From Bacteroidota bacterium (lineage in GTDB: Bacteria; Bacteroidota; Bacteroidia; Bacteroidales; GCA-2748055), in contig JAYEOJ010000655.1 in assembly GCA_034722835.1 (NCBI GenBank), positions 1 through 24,235 of the forward strand: 24,235 bases of DNA. The letters run 5' to 3'. Positions within the stretch are counted from its first letter, which is position 1; each line of letters opens with the position of its first letter. Below are positions 1 to 8,974 of this stretch, in pieces. The translations under genes and the position numbers were made by a program. The notes beneath the pieces were generated by a model that ran no database searches, was not told the origin of the DNA, and saw nothing but the letters and a program-made list of their open reading frames with translations.

Positions 1-154
1 AAAAGGCCGATGCGTATCATGGCCCCCGAGTAATTGTTTTTCCGTTTCATTATTCAGTGCATTAAACTTCATGGAAAGTACTCAAATATAGAGCTAAGGC
101 TGAAGATATTCAATGGCCTCAGTGGGCTTTTATTTGTATTATTTGATCCAGAAA

Positions 155-211
155 GTGCAAACAATGTCTCATATAGGATATAGATCAATAGATCAACTAT
201 GCATATATTTA
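155..211 (+). promoter_or_regulatory. Putative activator site plus Bacteroidota -33/-7 promoter for the left operon (copy 1 of a shared 57-nt element)
   Basis: GTGCAAACAAT at 155-165, TATAGAT at 179-185 and TATATTTA at 204-211 (one mismatch to TAnnTTTG). It ends 19 nt before the ATG at 231. Spacing is identical to the elements at 17041 and 23000. Confidence 0.6.
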
Positions 212-230
212 TAGAGGTTAAAACCCTGGC

Positions 231-1412
231 ATGAAACATATACTCCTTTGGACCATAATCATCTCTACACTCCTTGTGGCCTGTGAACCGGAAGAAACAT
301 TCACAGTGGCTGCCTATTACTTCCCAAATTACCATGAAGATCAACGAAATGCATCCTATTTTGAGGAGGGATGGACCGAGTGGGAGCTGGTAAAAAAGGC
401 ACAAGCCAGGTTCCCAAACCACCATCAGCCCAACGTTCCTGACTGGGGTTATACCAATGAGGCAGATCCTGTTCAGATGGCTCAGAAAATAAAGGCAGCT
501 GCTGACCACGGTATTGATGTCTTTATATTTGACTGGTACATGTATGAGGATGGGCCTTTTCTAGAGCGGGGCCTGGAAGAGGGATTTTTGAAAGCAGAAA
601 ATTCTGATCTCCTTAAATTCGGGCTGATGTGGGCCAATCACAACTGGGTGGACATTCATCCCTATACACGTGGAACAGAACAGAAGCTGCTTTATCCCGG
701 CATCGTTAGTCCTGAAAGGTTTGATGAGATCTGTGATAAGGTCATTGAGAACTATTTTACCTTACCTAATTACTGGAAGATTGATGGGAAAGCCTATTTT
801 TCGGTATATGATGTGCAAAAATTTGTGGAAGGATTTGGTAGCATGGAATCCACAAAAGCCGCTATGGATCGCATGCGTCAGAAAGCCAGAGCAGCCGGAC
901 TAAAAGGAGTACACTGGAACCTGGTGGCCTGGGGGAATCCAATTCTACCGGTGGAGAAGGCACCCTCCAATACGCCCGGACTCATCGAAATGCTGGGATT
1001 CGATTCAAGCACCTCCTATGTCTGGATTCACCATGTACCCCTTCCTGAAACACAAACCGATTTCAACTATGTCAGGGATGCCTACTTCGAGTACTGGGAT
1101 AAAGCAAAAACAGAATACGGAGTTCCCTATTTTCCAAATGTAACCATGGGTTGGGATCCTACACCCCGTTGCGACCTCGAATCGGAATGGGCTCCTGTGG
1201 GTTATCCCTTTATGAATACGATCGGGAATAATACCCCCGAAAACTTCAGGACCGCCCTCCAAATGGTGAAAGAGAAATTATTGGCAGATCCAAAGGGGAC
1301 GAGAATTATCAATATCAACTGCTGGAATGAATGGACCGAAGGCAGCTACCTGGAGCCGGACACAATTAATGGAATGGCTTACCTTGAGGCCGTAAAGGAA
1401 ATATTTGATTGA
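231..1412 (+). CDS. GH99-like / WbsX-domain putative glycoside hydrolase, lipoprotein
   Basis: 393 aa. Lipobox LLVA-C18. Motifs AAYYFPNYH, HGIDVFIFDWY, MGWDPTPR and C-terminal NCWNEWTEGSYLEPD (NEWxEG) are typical of GH99/GH71-like WbsX-family TIM barrels. Confidence 0.8.
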   Translation: MKHILLWTIIISTLLVACEPEETFTVAAYYFPNYHEDQRNASYFEEGWTEWELVKKAQARFPNHHQPNVPDWGYTNEADPVQMAQKIKAAADHGIDVFIFDWYMYEDGPFLERGLEEGFLKAENSDLLKFGLMWANHNWVDIHPYTRGTEQKLLYPGIVSPERFDEICDKVIENYFTLPNYWKIDGKAYFSVYDVQKFVEGFGSMESTKAAMDRMRQKARAAGLKGVHWNLVAWGNPILPVEKAPSNTPGLIEMLGFDSSTSYVWIHHVPLPETQTDFNYVRDAYFEYWDKAKTEYGVPYFPNVTMGWDPTPRCDLESEWAPVGYPFMNTIGNNTPENFRTALQMVKEKLLADPKGTRIININCWNEWTEGSYLEPDTINGMAYLEAVKEIFD

Positions 1413-1488
1413 ACATGGCGCCATTGTTCCACTTTCTAAAATCTAATCAGTACAATTATAAGTCTTATAAGCAGATACCGTGAAAACC

Positions 1489-2211
1489 ATGAACCCTTAC
1501 AGAGTTGTACTCTTATTCTTTACTGCCTTAATATTGTTATCATTTCATCCGAATGACCAGATAAACAAGGCGGATCCTTCATCCTATTTAGCCAGCATTA
1601 AAAAGGAACTAACGAAAGAATGGCCCGGGAACAGGACCATCAACCTGGTTTTTCACGGTCACTCGGTTCCGGCCGGCTATTTCAAAACACCCCTGGTAAA
1701 CACCTTCGATTCCTACCCTTACCTCCTGCTGAAAGAATTAAAGGAACTGTATCCCCATGCTGTAATTAACGTGATTTGCACGGCCATCGGTGGTGAGAAC
1801 TCTTCTGAAGGTGCTAAGAGATTTGAATCGGATGTACTGGTGCATAAACCCGATGTGCTCTTTATCGATTATGCCCTGAATGACCGGGGGATTGGCCTCG
1901 AACAGTCCAAAGAAGCCTGGGAGGAGATGATAAGTAAAGCACTAAAAGAGGATATCAAGGTAATTCTTCTTACCCCGTCACCGGATCAAAGGGTGGATAT
2001 GCTAGAGCCGGACAATGAATTGGACCAACATGCGGAACAGATCAAACAGCTGGCAAAATATTACGGGACCGGACTGGTGGATAGCTATAAAGTGTTTAAA
2101 TACCACGTGCAAAACGGAGATCACCTGTCAGACTATATGTCACAGGTGAATCACCCCAATAAAAAGGGACATCAACTCATTACCAGTGAACTGATCCTCT
2201 TTTTCAAATAA
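1489..2211 (+). CDS. SGNH/GDSL-family hydrolase, putative carbohydrate esterase, secreted
   Basis: Hydrophobic N-terminal signal. SGNH blocks FHGHSV (Ser), AIGGENS (Gly), DYALND (Asn) and QVNHPN (His). The ORF track starts at GTG 1480; ATG 1489 is chosen as the more likely start. Confidence 0.75.
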   Translation: MNPYRVVLLFFTALILLSFHPNDQINKADPSSYLASIKKELTKEWPGNRTINLVFHGHSVPAGYFKTPLVNTFDSYPYLLLKELKELYPHAVINVICTAIGGENSSEGAKRFESDVLVHKPDVLFIDYALNDRGIGLEQSKEAWEEMISKALKEDIKVILLTPSPDQRVDMLEPDNELDQHAEQIKQLAKYYGTGLVDSYKVFKYHVQNGDHLSDYMSQVNHPNKKGHQLITSELILFFK

Positions 2212-2235
2212 CAGACTGAAATAAAAATCTCAACC

Positions 2236-4737
2236 ATGCCTGGTGCAAGAATCAACTGTCAAATTTTTTTCTCAATACTGCTGGTTACCTCTGTGACAAT
2301 ATGGAGCTGCAGTAATGAGAGCAAGCTCAAGGACAATAAGGGAACAAAATCCGGGATCCATAGAGGTGGCTATATCTTAGCCCCCTCTCATTTGCTTGAC
2401 GGCGTGCAACCCGAAGCCAGTTGGATCTGGGATTCGGGAGAAATCAATCCCTACAACTATTATTTACATGTCCGAAAGTCCTTTGAGTTAGATAATTCGC
2501 CAATCGAAGCCAGGGCCTTTATATCTGCTCATGCCTTTGCGGAACTGTATATTAACGGAGCCTATGTGGACCGGGTGCCTACCAATCCCGATCCCGAATA
2601 CCAGACTTACGAAGAGATTGACCTGGTACCCTACCTTCAGAAAGGGACCAATACTATTGCAGCACTTGTTTATAATCCAGGTAAGGGATTGCATCACCGG
2701 ATGGATGCACGGGGTGGATTTTTCTTTCAGGCTGGTGTAAGCGATAAGACAGGAAAAGTTACAGAGGTACATAGTGACAAAAGCTGGCATGTGGCTCAGG
2801 CACTTGCCTGGGATACCAGTACAAAAAAGCGTCAGAACGACTTTACCATTGGGATGAGGGAACGCTACGATGCACGGCTCGCATATGTAGACTGGCAGGA
2901 GCCCTCTTTTGATGATTCAAACTGGGAATCAGCCAAAGTGATCGGCGTGCCTCCAGTGGAGCCGTGGAACCAGATTGTAGTAGTCAAAAGGGAACGGCTA
3001 TTATATGAAATCCTGGAACCTGTTTCGGAATGGAATGCAAAGGGATATAAAGTCTATGATTTCGGCAGGGAGATAACTGCTTATCCTCATTTCACTCTAA
3101 CGGCGAAAAGGGCGGGTGTGGAAATGATTCTTGGAACCGGAGAAAGACTGGACAATGACAGCGTTCCAAGAATGAAAGATAATGTGAATTATACTGATAC
3201 CTACATCACCAGAGAAGGCTCTCAAAGCTGGCATCCTCTTACATGGCGTGGTTTTCGGTATATGGCTATCAAAGAGAATCCCGATGTTACAATTGACAAT
3301 GTCAGCGGAGAATTCAGATCATTTCCGGTGAGAAGGGAGGGTAGTTTCACTTGCTCAGATAAGGAGCTGAATCAAATCTGGGAAACAGGCCGCTGGACCA
3401 TGCAGCTTTGTGCCCACGATACATGGATGGATACTCCCTGGCGTGAACAGACCCAATATATTTCGGGGGATACAAGGTATAATATTCAGTATTCTGTCTA
3501 TGCATTCGCACCTAACATTAAGTTGCTGCATGATTACAATATTCTTAGCGGGGCCTTTTCCCAACGTCATTCTGAAGAGGGAGCCATACGCTCACGTTAT
3601 CCAACAGGTGCCCACCTTGGCCCTACCACCTCCACGTATATTCCGGATTATCAGCTGGAATGGATCCTGATGCTTCACGAATATTATATGTTCTACCACG
3701 ATGCTGGCTTAATCAAACAGGTGTATCCGAATTTAAAGAAGCTATTGCAGTATTTCGAGGGTTATGTATCAGCAGAAAGAGGGCTTGTTGGAAAAGTGCC
3801 CGGCTGGGTGGTGCTGGATCATCCCGATACATACAAACAGGATGTTGACGGTGAAAACACTGCTGTAAACTGCCTGTATTATGGCGCCCTGAATTCTGCC
3901 TCATGGATGGCACGATGTATTATGGAGGATAAACAGAAGGCCATTGAATGGGAGCAAAAGGCCCAGGCTGTAAAAAACTCCATTCAGAAATATTTATGGT
4001 CGGAGAAAGACAATGCGTTTAAGGATGGTTATGAAAGCTCCCGTATTACTCAACAAACACAGGTGTATGCATTAAAGTACGGTCTTGTACCTGAAGATAA
4101 AAAAGCACCGGTAGTAGAATTTACAACAAGCCAGGGGCGTTCGTGTGAGCAATCATTCTCTTACTGGCTGCTTAATACTATGTTTGCTGAAGGAGAGGGG
4201 CAATGGGCACTTGACTATATCCGTACCTACTGGGGAAAGCAAATGAAGAAAGAAGATTTTAACGGCGCCTGGTACGAAATGTGGGAGTCGCCACTGGGGA
4301 TGACAAAGTCTCATGCCTGGTGTTCAGGGCCAACGGCACTTCTACCGGAGATAGTATTAGGAGTGGCACCAATTCAGCCTGGCTGGAAGCAGTTCAGTAT
4401 TCAACCTAGTCTGTACGATCTGGAATGGGCAGAGGGAGTTGTACCTTCTGTGGCAGGTGATATCCAGGTGAAATTGAAACGCTTGATGAAAGGTGGAGTA
4501 GAAACAGGCCTACAGATCGAAGCAGTGGTTCCTGAAAGAACCTCCGCCATGATCCATGTTCCCGTTCAATCCTCTGAACACTTTGCCATTCATGTAAATG
4601 ATAAGCTCATCTGGCAGGACGGGAAGCTCAACGGCAGCAGCAAGAATATCTCTTACATATCAGAATCGGACAGGTCCATTGTATTTGAATTTCAAGCAGG
4701 GAACTATGTAATTAATGCCTCCAGCAAATTGAAATAA
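2236..4737 (+). CDS. GH78-family alpha-L-rhamnosidase, lipoprotein
   Basis: 833 aa. Lipobox TIWS-C25. N-terminal rhamnosidase beta-domains (YINGAYV, YDFGRE), catalytic-region MDTPWREQTQYISGD (variant of DxPxRxER...GD), WYEMW, SHAW and C-terminal QPSLYDLEWAEGVVPSVAGDIQVK. Confidence 0.85.
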   Translation: MPGARINCQIFFSILLVTSVTIWSCSNESKLKDNKGTKSGIHRGGYILAPSHLLDGVQPEASWIWDSGEINPYNYYLHVRKSFELDNSPIEARAFISAHAFAELYINGAYVDRVPTNPDPEYQTYEEIDLVPYLQKGTNTIAALVYNPGKGLHHRMDARGGFFFQAGVSDKTGKVTEVHSDKSWHVAQALAWDTSTKKRQNDFTIGMRERYDARLAYVDWQEPSFDDSNWESAKVIGVPPVEPWNQIVVVKRERLLYEILEPVSEWNAKGYKVYDFGREITAYPHFTLTAKRAGVEMILGTGERLDNDSVPRMKDNVNYTDTYITREGSQSWHPLTWRGFRYMAIKENPDVTIDNVSGEFRSFPVRREGSFTCSDKELNQIWETGRWTMQLCAHDTWMDTPWREQTQYISGDTRYNIQYSVYAFAPNIKLLHDYNILSGAFSQRHSEEGAIRSRYPTGAHLGPTTSTYIPDYQLEWILMLHEYYMFYHDAGLIKQVYPNLKKLLQYFEGYVSAERGLVGKVPGWVVLDHPDTYKQDVDGENTAVNCLYYGALNSASWMARCIMEDKQKAIEWEQKAQAVKNSIQKYLWSEKDNAFKDGYESSRITQQTQVYALKYGLVPEDKKAPVVEFTTSQGRSCEQSFSYWLLNTMFAEGEGQWALDYIRTYWGKQMKKEDFNGAWYEMWESPLGMTKSHAWCSGPTALLPEIVLGVAPIQPGWKQFSIQPSLYDLEWAEGVVPSVAGDIQVKLKRLMKGGVETGLQIEAVVPERTSAMIHVPVQSSEHFAIHVNDKLIWQDGKLNGSSKNISYISESDRSIVFEFQAGNYVINASSKLK

Positions 4738-5915
4738 TGAAAAACAAGAGAAAAGAATTTCTAAGAATGGCAGCTCACCCAGGCATAAACAACCCGGATG
4801 TCAGTGTATTACCCGTTTTGGCATTTATATTAGCCGTCTTCCTTTTAACTGCCTGTTCAGGCCAGGGTGGTCGGCAGGACAAAGGGCTAACTGAAGATTC
4901 ATTAATCATTGATGAACAGACTTTAAAACTTTGGTCGGAACCCTACAGGGACTGGCATTACCATCCCGAACATGTGATTCTTCCGGAACCGGATATCCAG
5001 GGATTTGAAGATGTGATAATGACGGATGTCCCCACGGTCTTCCAGTTGAAGGGGGATGAAAAGTGGTACATGAGCTTCATTGGGTATGATGGAACAGGAT
5101 ATCAATCCTTTATTGCAGAAAGCCAGGATCTGATGCAGTGGGATCATATGAGGCTGGCCATGGGCTACGGACCTGAAGGAGGATTTGATTTTGGGGGAGT
5201 GGTACTGGGAGCCTACCTCTATGAGGATTACGGTATAAAATCGGACCGGATACTGCAGAAGAAAAGTGGGAAATATTACTCCCTTTATGGCGCTTACCCG
5301 CGACAGGGAGGGTACGAGCTTCGGCCAGGATATGAAGGGGTAGCCTGGAGTGAAGATGGTTTCACCTGGGAACGAGCTGCTGATGAGCCGATTCTTTCAG
5401 TTTTTCAGGAGGATTGCGGCACCTGGGAAAAGGACTGTATTTACCAGCCCTGGCTGCTCGAGCACGAGGGCTCCTATTACAATCTCTACAATGCGGCCAA
5501 TGGGAACATCGAGCAGATAGGCCTGGCCACTTCCGATGACCTGTTCAAGTGGGATCGCTACGAACAAAACCCCGTAATTCCAATTGGAGCGAAAGGAAGC
5601 TTTAACGAGCGCTTCTCTTCCGATTCAAAGGTTTTTTGGGATAGGGACCACTGGGTCTCTTTCTTTTTCGGAGTGGGAAAGGATGGCGCACACATTATGG
5701 CTGCATTCTCCTGGGATCTCTATCACTGGACCGTTGATCCTGAACCACTTTATAAAGCCGGTGGAAACCCCTCGGGCCTGGATGGGCAATATGCCCATAA
5801 GATCTCCCTGGTCTGGAATCCCTCAAACGAAAGCTATTATATGTTCTACTGTGCCGTTGATAAAGAGAATAGAAGAGGCATTGGACTGATCACCAGCAAA
5901 GCTCTTGAGCCCTAG
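4737..5915 (+). CDS. Five-bladed beta-propeller putative glycoside hydrolase (GH43/32/130/117-like), family unassigned, probable lipoprotein
   Basis: 392 aa. ATG overlaps the GH78 stop (TAATG). Lipobox LLTA-C40. Repeating blade motifs GVAWSEDGFTWER, IGLATSDDLFKW, MAAFSWDLYHW and IGLITS, with DVPTV, FDFGG and IYQPWL segments. Confidence 0.65.
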   Translation: MKNKRKEFLRMAAHPGINNPDVSVLPVLAFILAVFLLTACSGQGGRQDKGLTEDSLIIDEQTLKLWSEPYRDWHYHPEHVILPEPDIQGFEDVIMTDVPTVFQLKGDEKWYMSFIGYDGTGYQSFIAESQDLMQWDHMRLAMGYGPEGGFDFGGVVLGAYLYEDYGIKSDRILQKKSGKYYSLYGAYPRQGGYELRPGYEGVAWSEDGFTWERAADEPILSVFQEDCGTWEKDCIYQPWLLEHEGSYYNLYNAANGNIEQIGLATSDDLFKWDRYEQNPVIPIGAKGSFNERFSSDSKVFWDRDHWVSFFFGVGKDGAHIMAAFSWDLYHWTVDPEPLYKAGGNPSGLDGQYAHKISLVWNPSNESYYMFYCAVDKENRRGIGLITSKALEP

Positions 5916-6174
5916 GAAGCCTGTATCCCATCTAATTGGGATTGTACTCTTTGGTTTCAGTGATAGTGGGGATTCTAGTGCTTGCCTTTTGGGCCAGGAA
6001 TAGTAAGTGGGATATCCAGCCAGGCCAGACCCACATTACGTTTCATATGACTAATGCTGGGTGTTTAAGGCTTGAAAGAATGACTATAAACGACAATGTA
6101 TTGATAAATAGACTGTTGCGCATGATATGCTACATTAGATGAACCTTCAATTTTCGATTTTTCCATTTTCCCGG

Positions 6175-8970
6175 TCAGGGCATCCCCCATTCCACTCCCA
6201 CAAGACCACTTGATACCGGGGTTTCATAGGACCTGGTCCAGGCTCTGGCTGTCTGGTTCTCCTTTATACTTCCACAATAATTGGCCAGGGTGGTGGTCAG
6301 CAGGATGTCTATGCGGTTGCTGCCGTGCTTCCACAAGGATCCCACTTCATACATGTGACTCCCGTACCAAATCATGCCTGCGGATTCTCCATTTACCCTT
6401 AGCTCGCTCACTCCCTCATTCACATCCACCAGGCAGATATAGCCCTGGCATTCAGACTCCTCAATGATTGTGGAATAGGTGACTGTGCCTGAGAAATTCC
6501 TGATCGCTTTGTCGGCTGATGTCCTGAAATCGATCAGCTCATCCATTTCCCGGGTAAACACGCTGCCATCCGCATGTTCGAATTTCACCTCCCACAGGGC
6601 CTTCAGGGGCTGTCTTTTTACCGAAACCACACTGCTTGAATACAGGGGCAGATCAAGCTCTTCCGCTTCAAAAACCACCAGGGCCGACTCCAGGGCATTC
6701 AGCTTTAACCGGAGCTCATTGCTTTTCTCGTGGACTAAAGCAAAGCGATCCCCGCTCCGGGGATCCCATAAATACGGGATCTTATTCCCTGTTTTGAAAC
6801 TGACATCAAATTCAACGGCCTCGCTCCGGTGGGAATTCACAAAGAAATAGATCTCCTGCTTACCCCTGGTTTGCACCTTGGTATAGAGATGGCTGACAGC
6901 TTGCCCGATTTGCACCTTCGGATTAAGTCCTATGCGTTCAAACAGAGAGGCGGTCCAATCCAGAAGGTCGGCGGATTCTTCGGGGGCCGGGACCAGGTGC
7001 ACATTCTCCTGTCCAAGTGCATCCTTCATTTGTGCCTGTACCCGATTATTATTGTTCTCCGCATCCACCATGGAAAGCGAACGTTCGGGCAGCTTTCCCA
7101 TGAAAACAATCTTCCCCCCGGCACTGGCAAAAGCACTGATCTTTTCGGCTGCCCGGGGAGAAAGGGATCTCACATCCGTAAGGATCAGGGCGCTGTATGC
7201 CATGTTTCCGCAGATCAGCTTTCCGCCCTCAATCTCCGAGTCTTCCAGCATGGAAGTGTGCAGGTAGTCACAGGAGCTTCCCAGGCTACTGATGGGTTCC
7301 CAGAGCCTGGCATAATACCAGGGGTGGTTATTGAAGGGCGGACGCGTGGGACCCACTTCGGCCCAGAAATCGTCCAGGCGACCCACTACGGCCACGTCTG
7401 CCACAGGATCGGAGTGCTGGAAAACAGCCGATAAGCGTGCATTGTAGTCGGCCCAGTTTCGGAAGTACTTCCACCAGGTGTTCTGCTCACTGAAATAAGC
7501 CCCGTACCGGATCCAGCCAGGGAATCCCGCCTCCGGGGGGGAGTAATTGAAGCCATGAAGGACCGTATGGTTGATCCCGGTAATGAAGTTCATATCATCC
7601 GATTGCTTGATGGTCTCCAGGGAGGTACGGAATACCCCCTGTGTATTGGTCATGGCTTCACAACTGGTGATCTTCCGGCCTCTAATATGCGCCCCGGTGG
7701 AGGCTGCTTTGTTCCAGAGCATATAGCCGTGATCCTGGTTCCAGGTATAGGCATTGCTCTCTGCTTCGTCCCTGGCACGGGAATAGATCCAGTTGTTGCT
7801 TTCCGGGATATCGGGAATCAGGTTGCCCTGGAAGAGCCCCATGTAATAAGGAGTTCCATAGGCCTGGTAGCGACATAACAAGCCGTTTTCGGTACAGAAA
7901 TCCTGAAATTCCCGGGTAAATCTTTCCAGAAAAACATCTATCAGGACCTGGTAGAAGTCATACTGAACCCGGTGTAGTTGATCGGCCAGTTCTTCCGAAG
8001 TCTCATAGGTATTGGGCTGATTGTGGGGTTGTACCACAAAAGGCAAATAGGGCGTGATATCATAGCCTTTTCTTTCCCGGAACACAGATGCCATGTCGTC
8101 GGTCCAGTTGGAACCGCCCAGCTCAATGCTGTCGCAGAAGAGCGCCCTGATCAGTTTGGCCAGGGGCACCCCTGTCTCACGCTCTATGGCCTTCAGCCTG
8201 TCCAGGTAAGCCCGCACCACTTCCTGCTTATAGTGGTCCATGATGGGACCGTCGGCTCCCGGAGAACCATGGTACACCGATTTGAAATTTCGTTCATTGT
8301 AAAGAAATACCAGGACATACTCCCGGTCACCCACCCGGTAATTCAGCCGGCCGTCTTTGACCAGCGGGCTCAGATCAATGACCTCTTCCAGGGAATTCAG
8401 TCCCACAGGTATCAGCCGAATAGCAAAGAGTTCCACATCACTGTTCTCTCTGGTGATGCGCGAGCCCGGAGTATGATAACTCTTAAACTTCAGGAACTCT
8501 GCCAGATCAATATCGAAGTGCTCATTGGGCTCAGGCTCATATTTCTTCACACCGAGACGCTGCATGATCTCATCCTCCTCCAGGAACCTGCCACCGAAGG
8601 GCCAGCCCGATCCCACGATAAGATCGGTGATCATACCCAGCTCCCTGGCCTCCTCGCTGGCCACCTTTACCATCTCACTCCATTCACTGCCCGCCCATTG
8701 AAGCGCAGGAGCTCCGGTGGGGACCGCATGTGGGGGCATGGCAATGGAATTGATCTCCACCCCTCCGATCCCGGCCTCCTTCATCACTTTTAACTCCCGT
8801 TTGAGCTCACCGGCTTCCACGGCATTGCCATTCCACCACCAGCGCACCATGGGACGGGCATCCGCCGGGGGAGTCTGGAAGAGGTCAAAAAGATCCTGCT
8901 CATCCCGGGGATGATCACATGCAGGAAGCAGGATAGTGATTGTCAGAAGACAGACAGATAGTTTCTTCAT
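6175..8970 (-). CDS. GH106-family alpha-L-rhamnosidase, lipoprotein (copy 1)
   Basis: 931 aa. Lipobox LLPA-C18. Motifs RPMVRWWWNGN, GIGGVEI, GSGWPFGG, FCDSIE, CEAMT, GINHTVLHGFNYS and a C-terminal beta-sandwich. Confidence 0.85.
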   Translation of the reverse strand: MKKLSVCLLTITILLPACDHPRDEQDLFDLFQTPPADARPMVRWWWNGNAVEAGELKRELKVMKEAGIGGVEINSIAMPPHAVPTGAPALQWAGSEWSEMVKVASEEARELGMITDLIVGSGWPFGGRFLEEDEIMQRLGVKKYEPEPNEHFDIDLAEFLKFKSYHTPGSRITRENSDVELFAIRLIPVGLNSLEEVIDLSPLVKDGRLNYRVGDREYVLVFLYNERNFKSVYHGSPGADGPIMDHYKQEVVRAYLDRLKAIERETGVPLAKLIRALFCDSIELGGSNWTDDMASVFRERKGYDITPYLPFVVQPHNQPNTYETSEELADQLHRVQYDFYQVLIDVFLERFTREFQDFCTENGLLCRYQAYGTPYYMGLFQGNLIPDIPESNNWIYSRARDEAESNAYTWNQDHGYMLWNKAASTGAHIRGRKITSCEAMTNTQGVFRTSLETIKQSDDMNFITGINHTVLHGFNYSPPEAGFPGWIRYGAYFSEQNTWWKYFRNWADYNARLSAVFQHSDPVADVAVVGRLDDFWAEVGPTRPPFNNHPWYYARLWEPISSLGSSCDYLHTSMLEDSEIEGGKLICGNMAYSALILTDVRSLSPRAAEKISAFASAGGKIVFMGKLPERSLSMVDAENNNNRVQAQMKDALGQENVHLVPAPEESADLLDWTASLFERIGLNPKVQIGQAVSHLYTKVQTRGKQEIYFFVNSHRSEAVEFDVSFKTGNKIPYLWDPRSGDRFALVHEKSNELRLKLNALESALVVFEAEELDLPLYSSSVVSVKRQPLKALWEVKFEHADGSVFTREMDELIDFRTSADKAIRNFSGTVTYSTIIEESECQGYICLVDVNEGVSELRVNGESAGMIWYGSHMYEVGSLWKHGSNRIDILLTTTLANYCGSIKENQTARAWTRSYETPVSSGLVGVEWGMP

Positions 8971-8974
8971 GGAT

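Noticed and set aside
1-65. 3' end of an upstream gene at the left edge
   Set aside because: Two short open frames end at 33 and 65; both are too short to identify or choose between.
181-196. Tandem 8-mer TAGATCAA x2
   Set aside because: Only two short units in AT-rich DNA; not present in the other two promoter copies and not a CRISPR or satellite array.
69-509. 146-aa - strand ORF
   Set aside because: It overlaps the start of the GH99-like gene and its promoter and has no recognisable domain.
231-1412. Calling the WbsX-domain protein a glycosyltransferase
   Set aside because: It has a lipoprotein signal, a GH99-like NEWxEG motif and a catabolic context, with no nucleotide-sugar genes.
1415-1424. 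Palindrome ATGGCGCCAT between the first two genes as a terminator or operator
   Set aside because: There is no usable loop or U-tract, no second copy was noticed, and it is plausible by chance.
6099-6105. TATTGAT in the 5916-6174 gap as part of the shared promoter element
   Set aside because: There is no RTRCAAACAWT 24 nt upstream, no -7 box 25 nt downstream and no credible downstream gene.
7978-8793. 271-aa + strand ORF and the other antisense or nested ORFs of 60-200 aa
   Set aside because: They lie inside well-supported genes, show no recognisable motifs, and are expected shadow ORFs.
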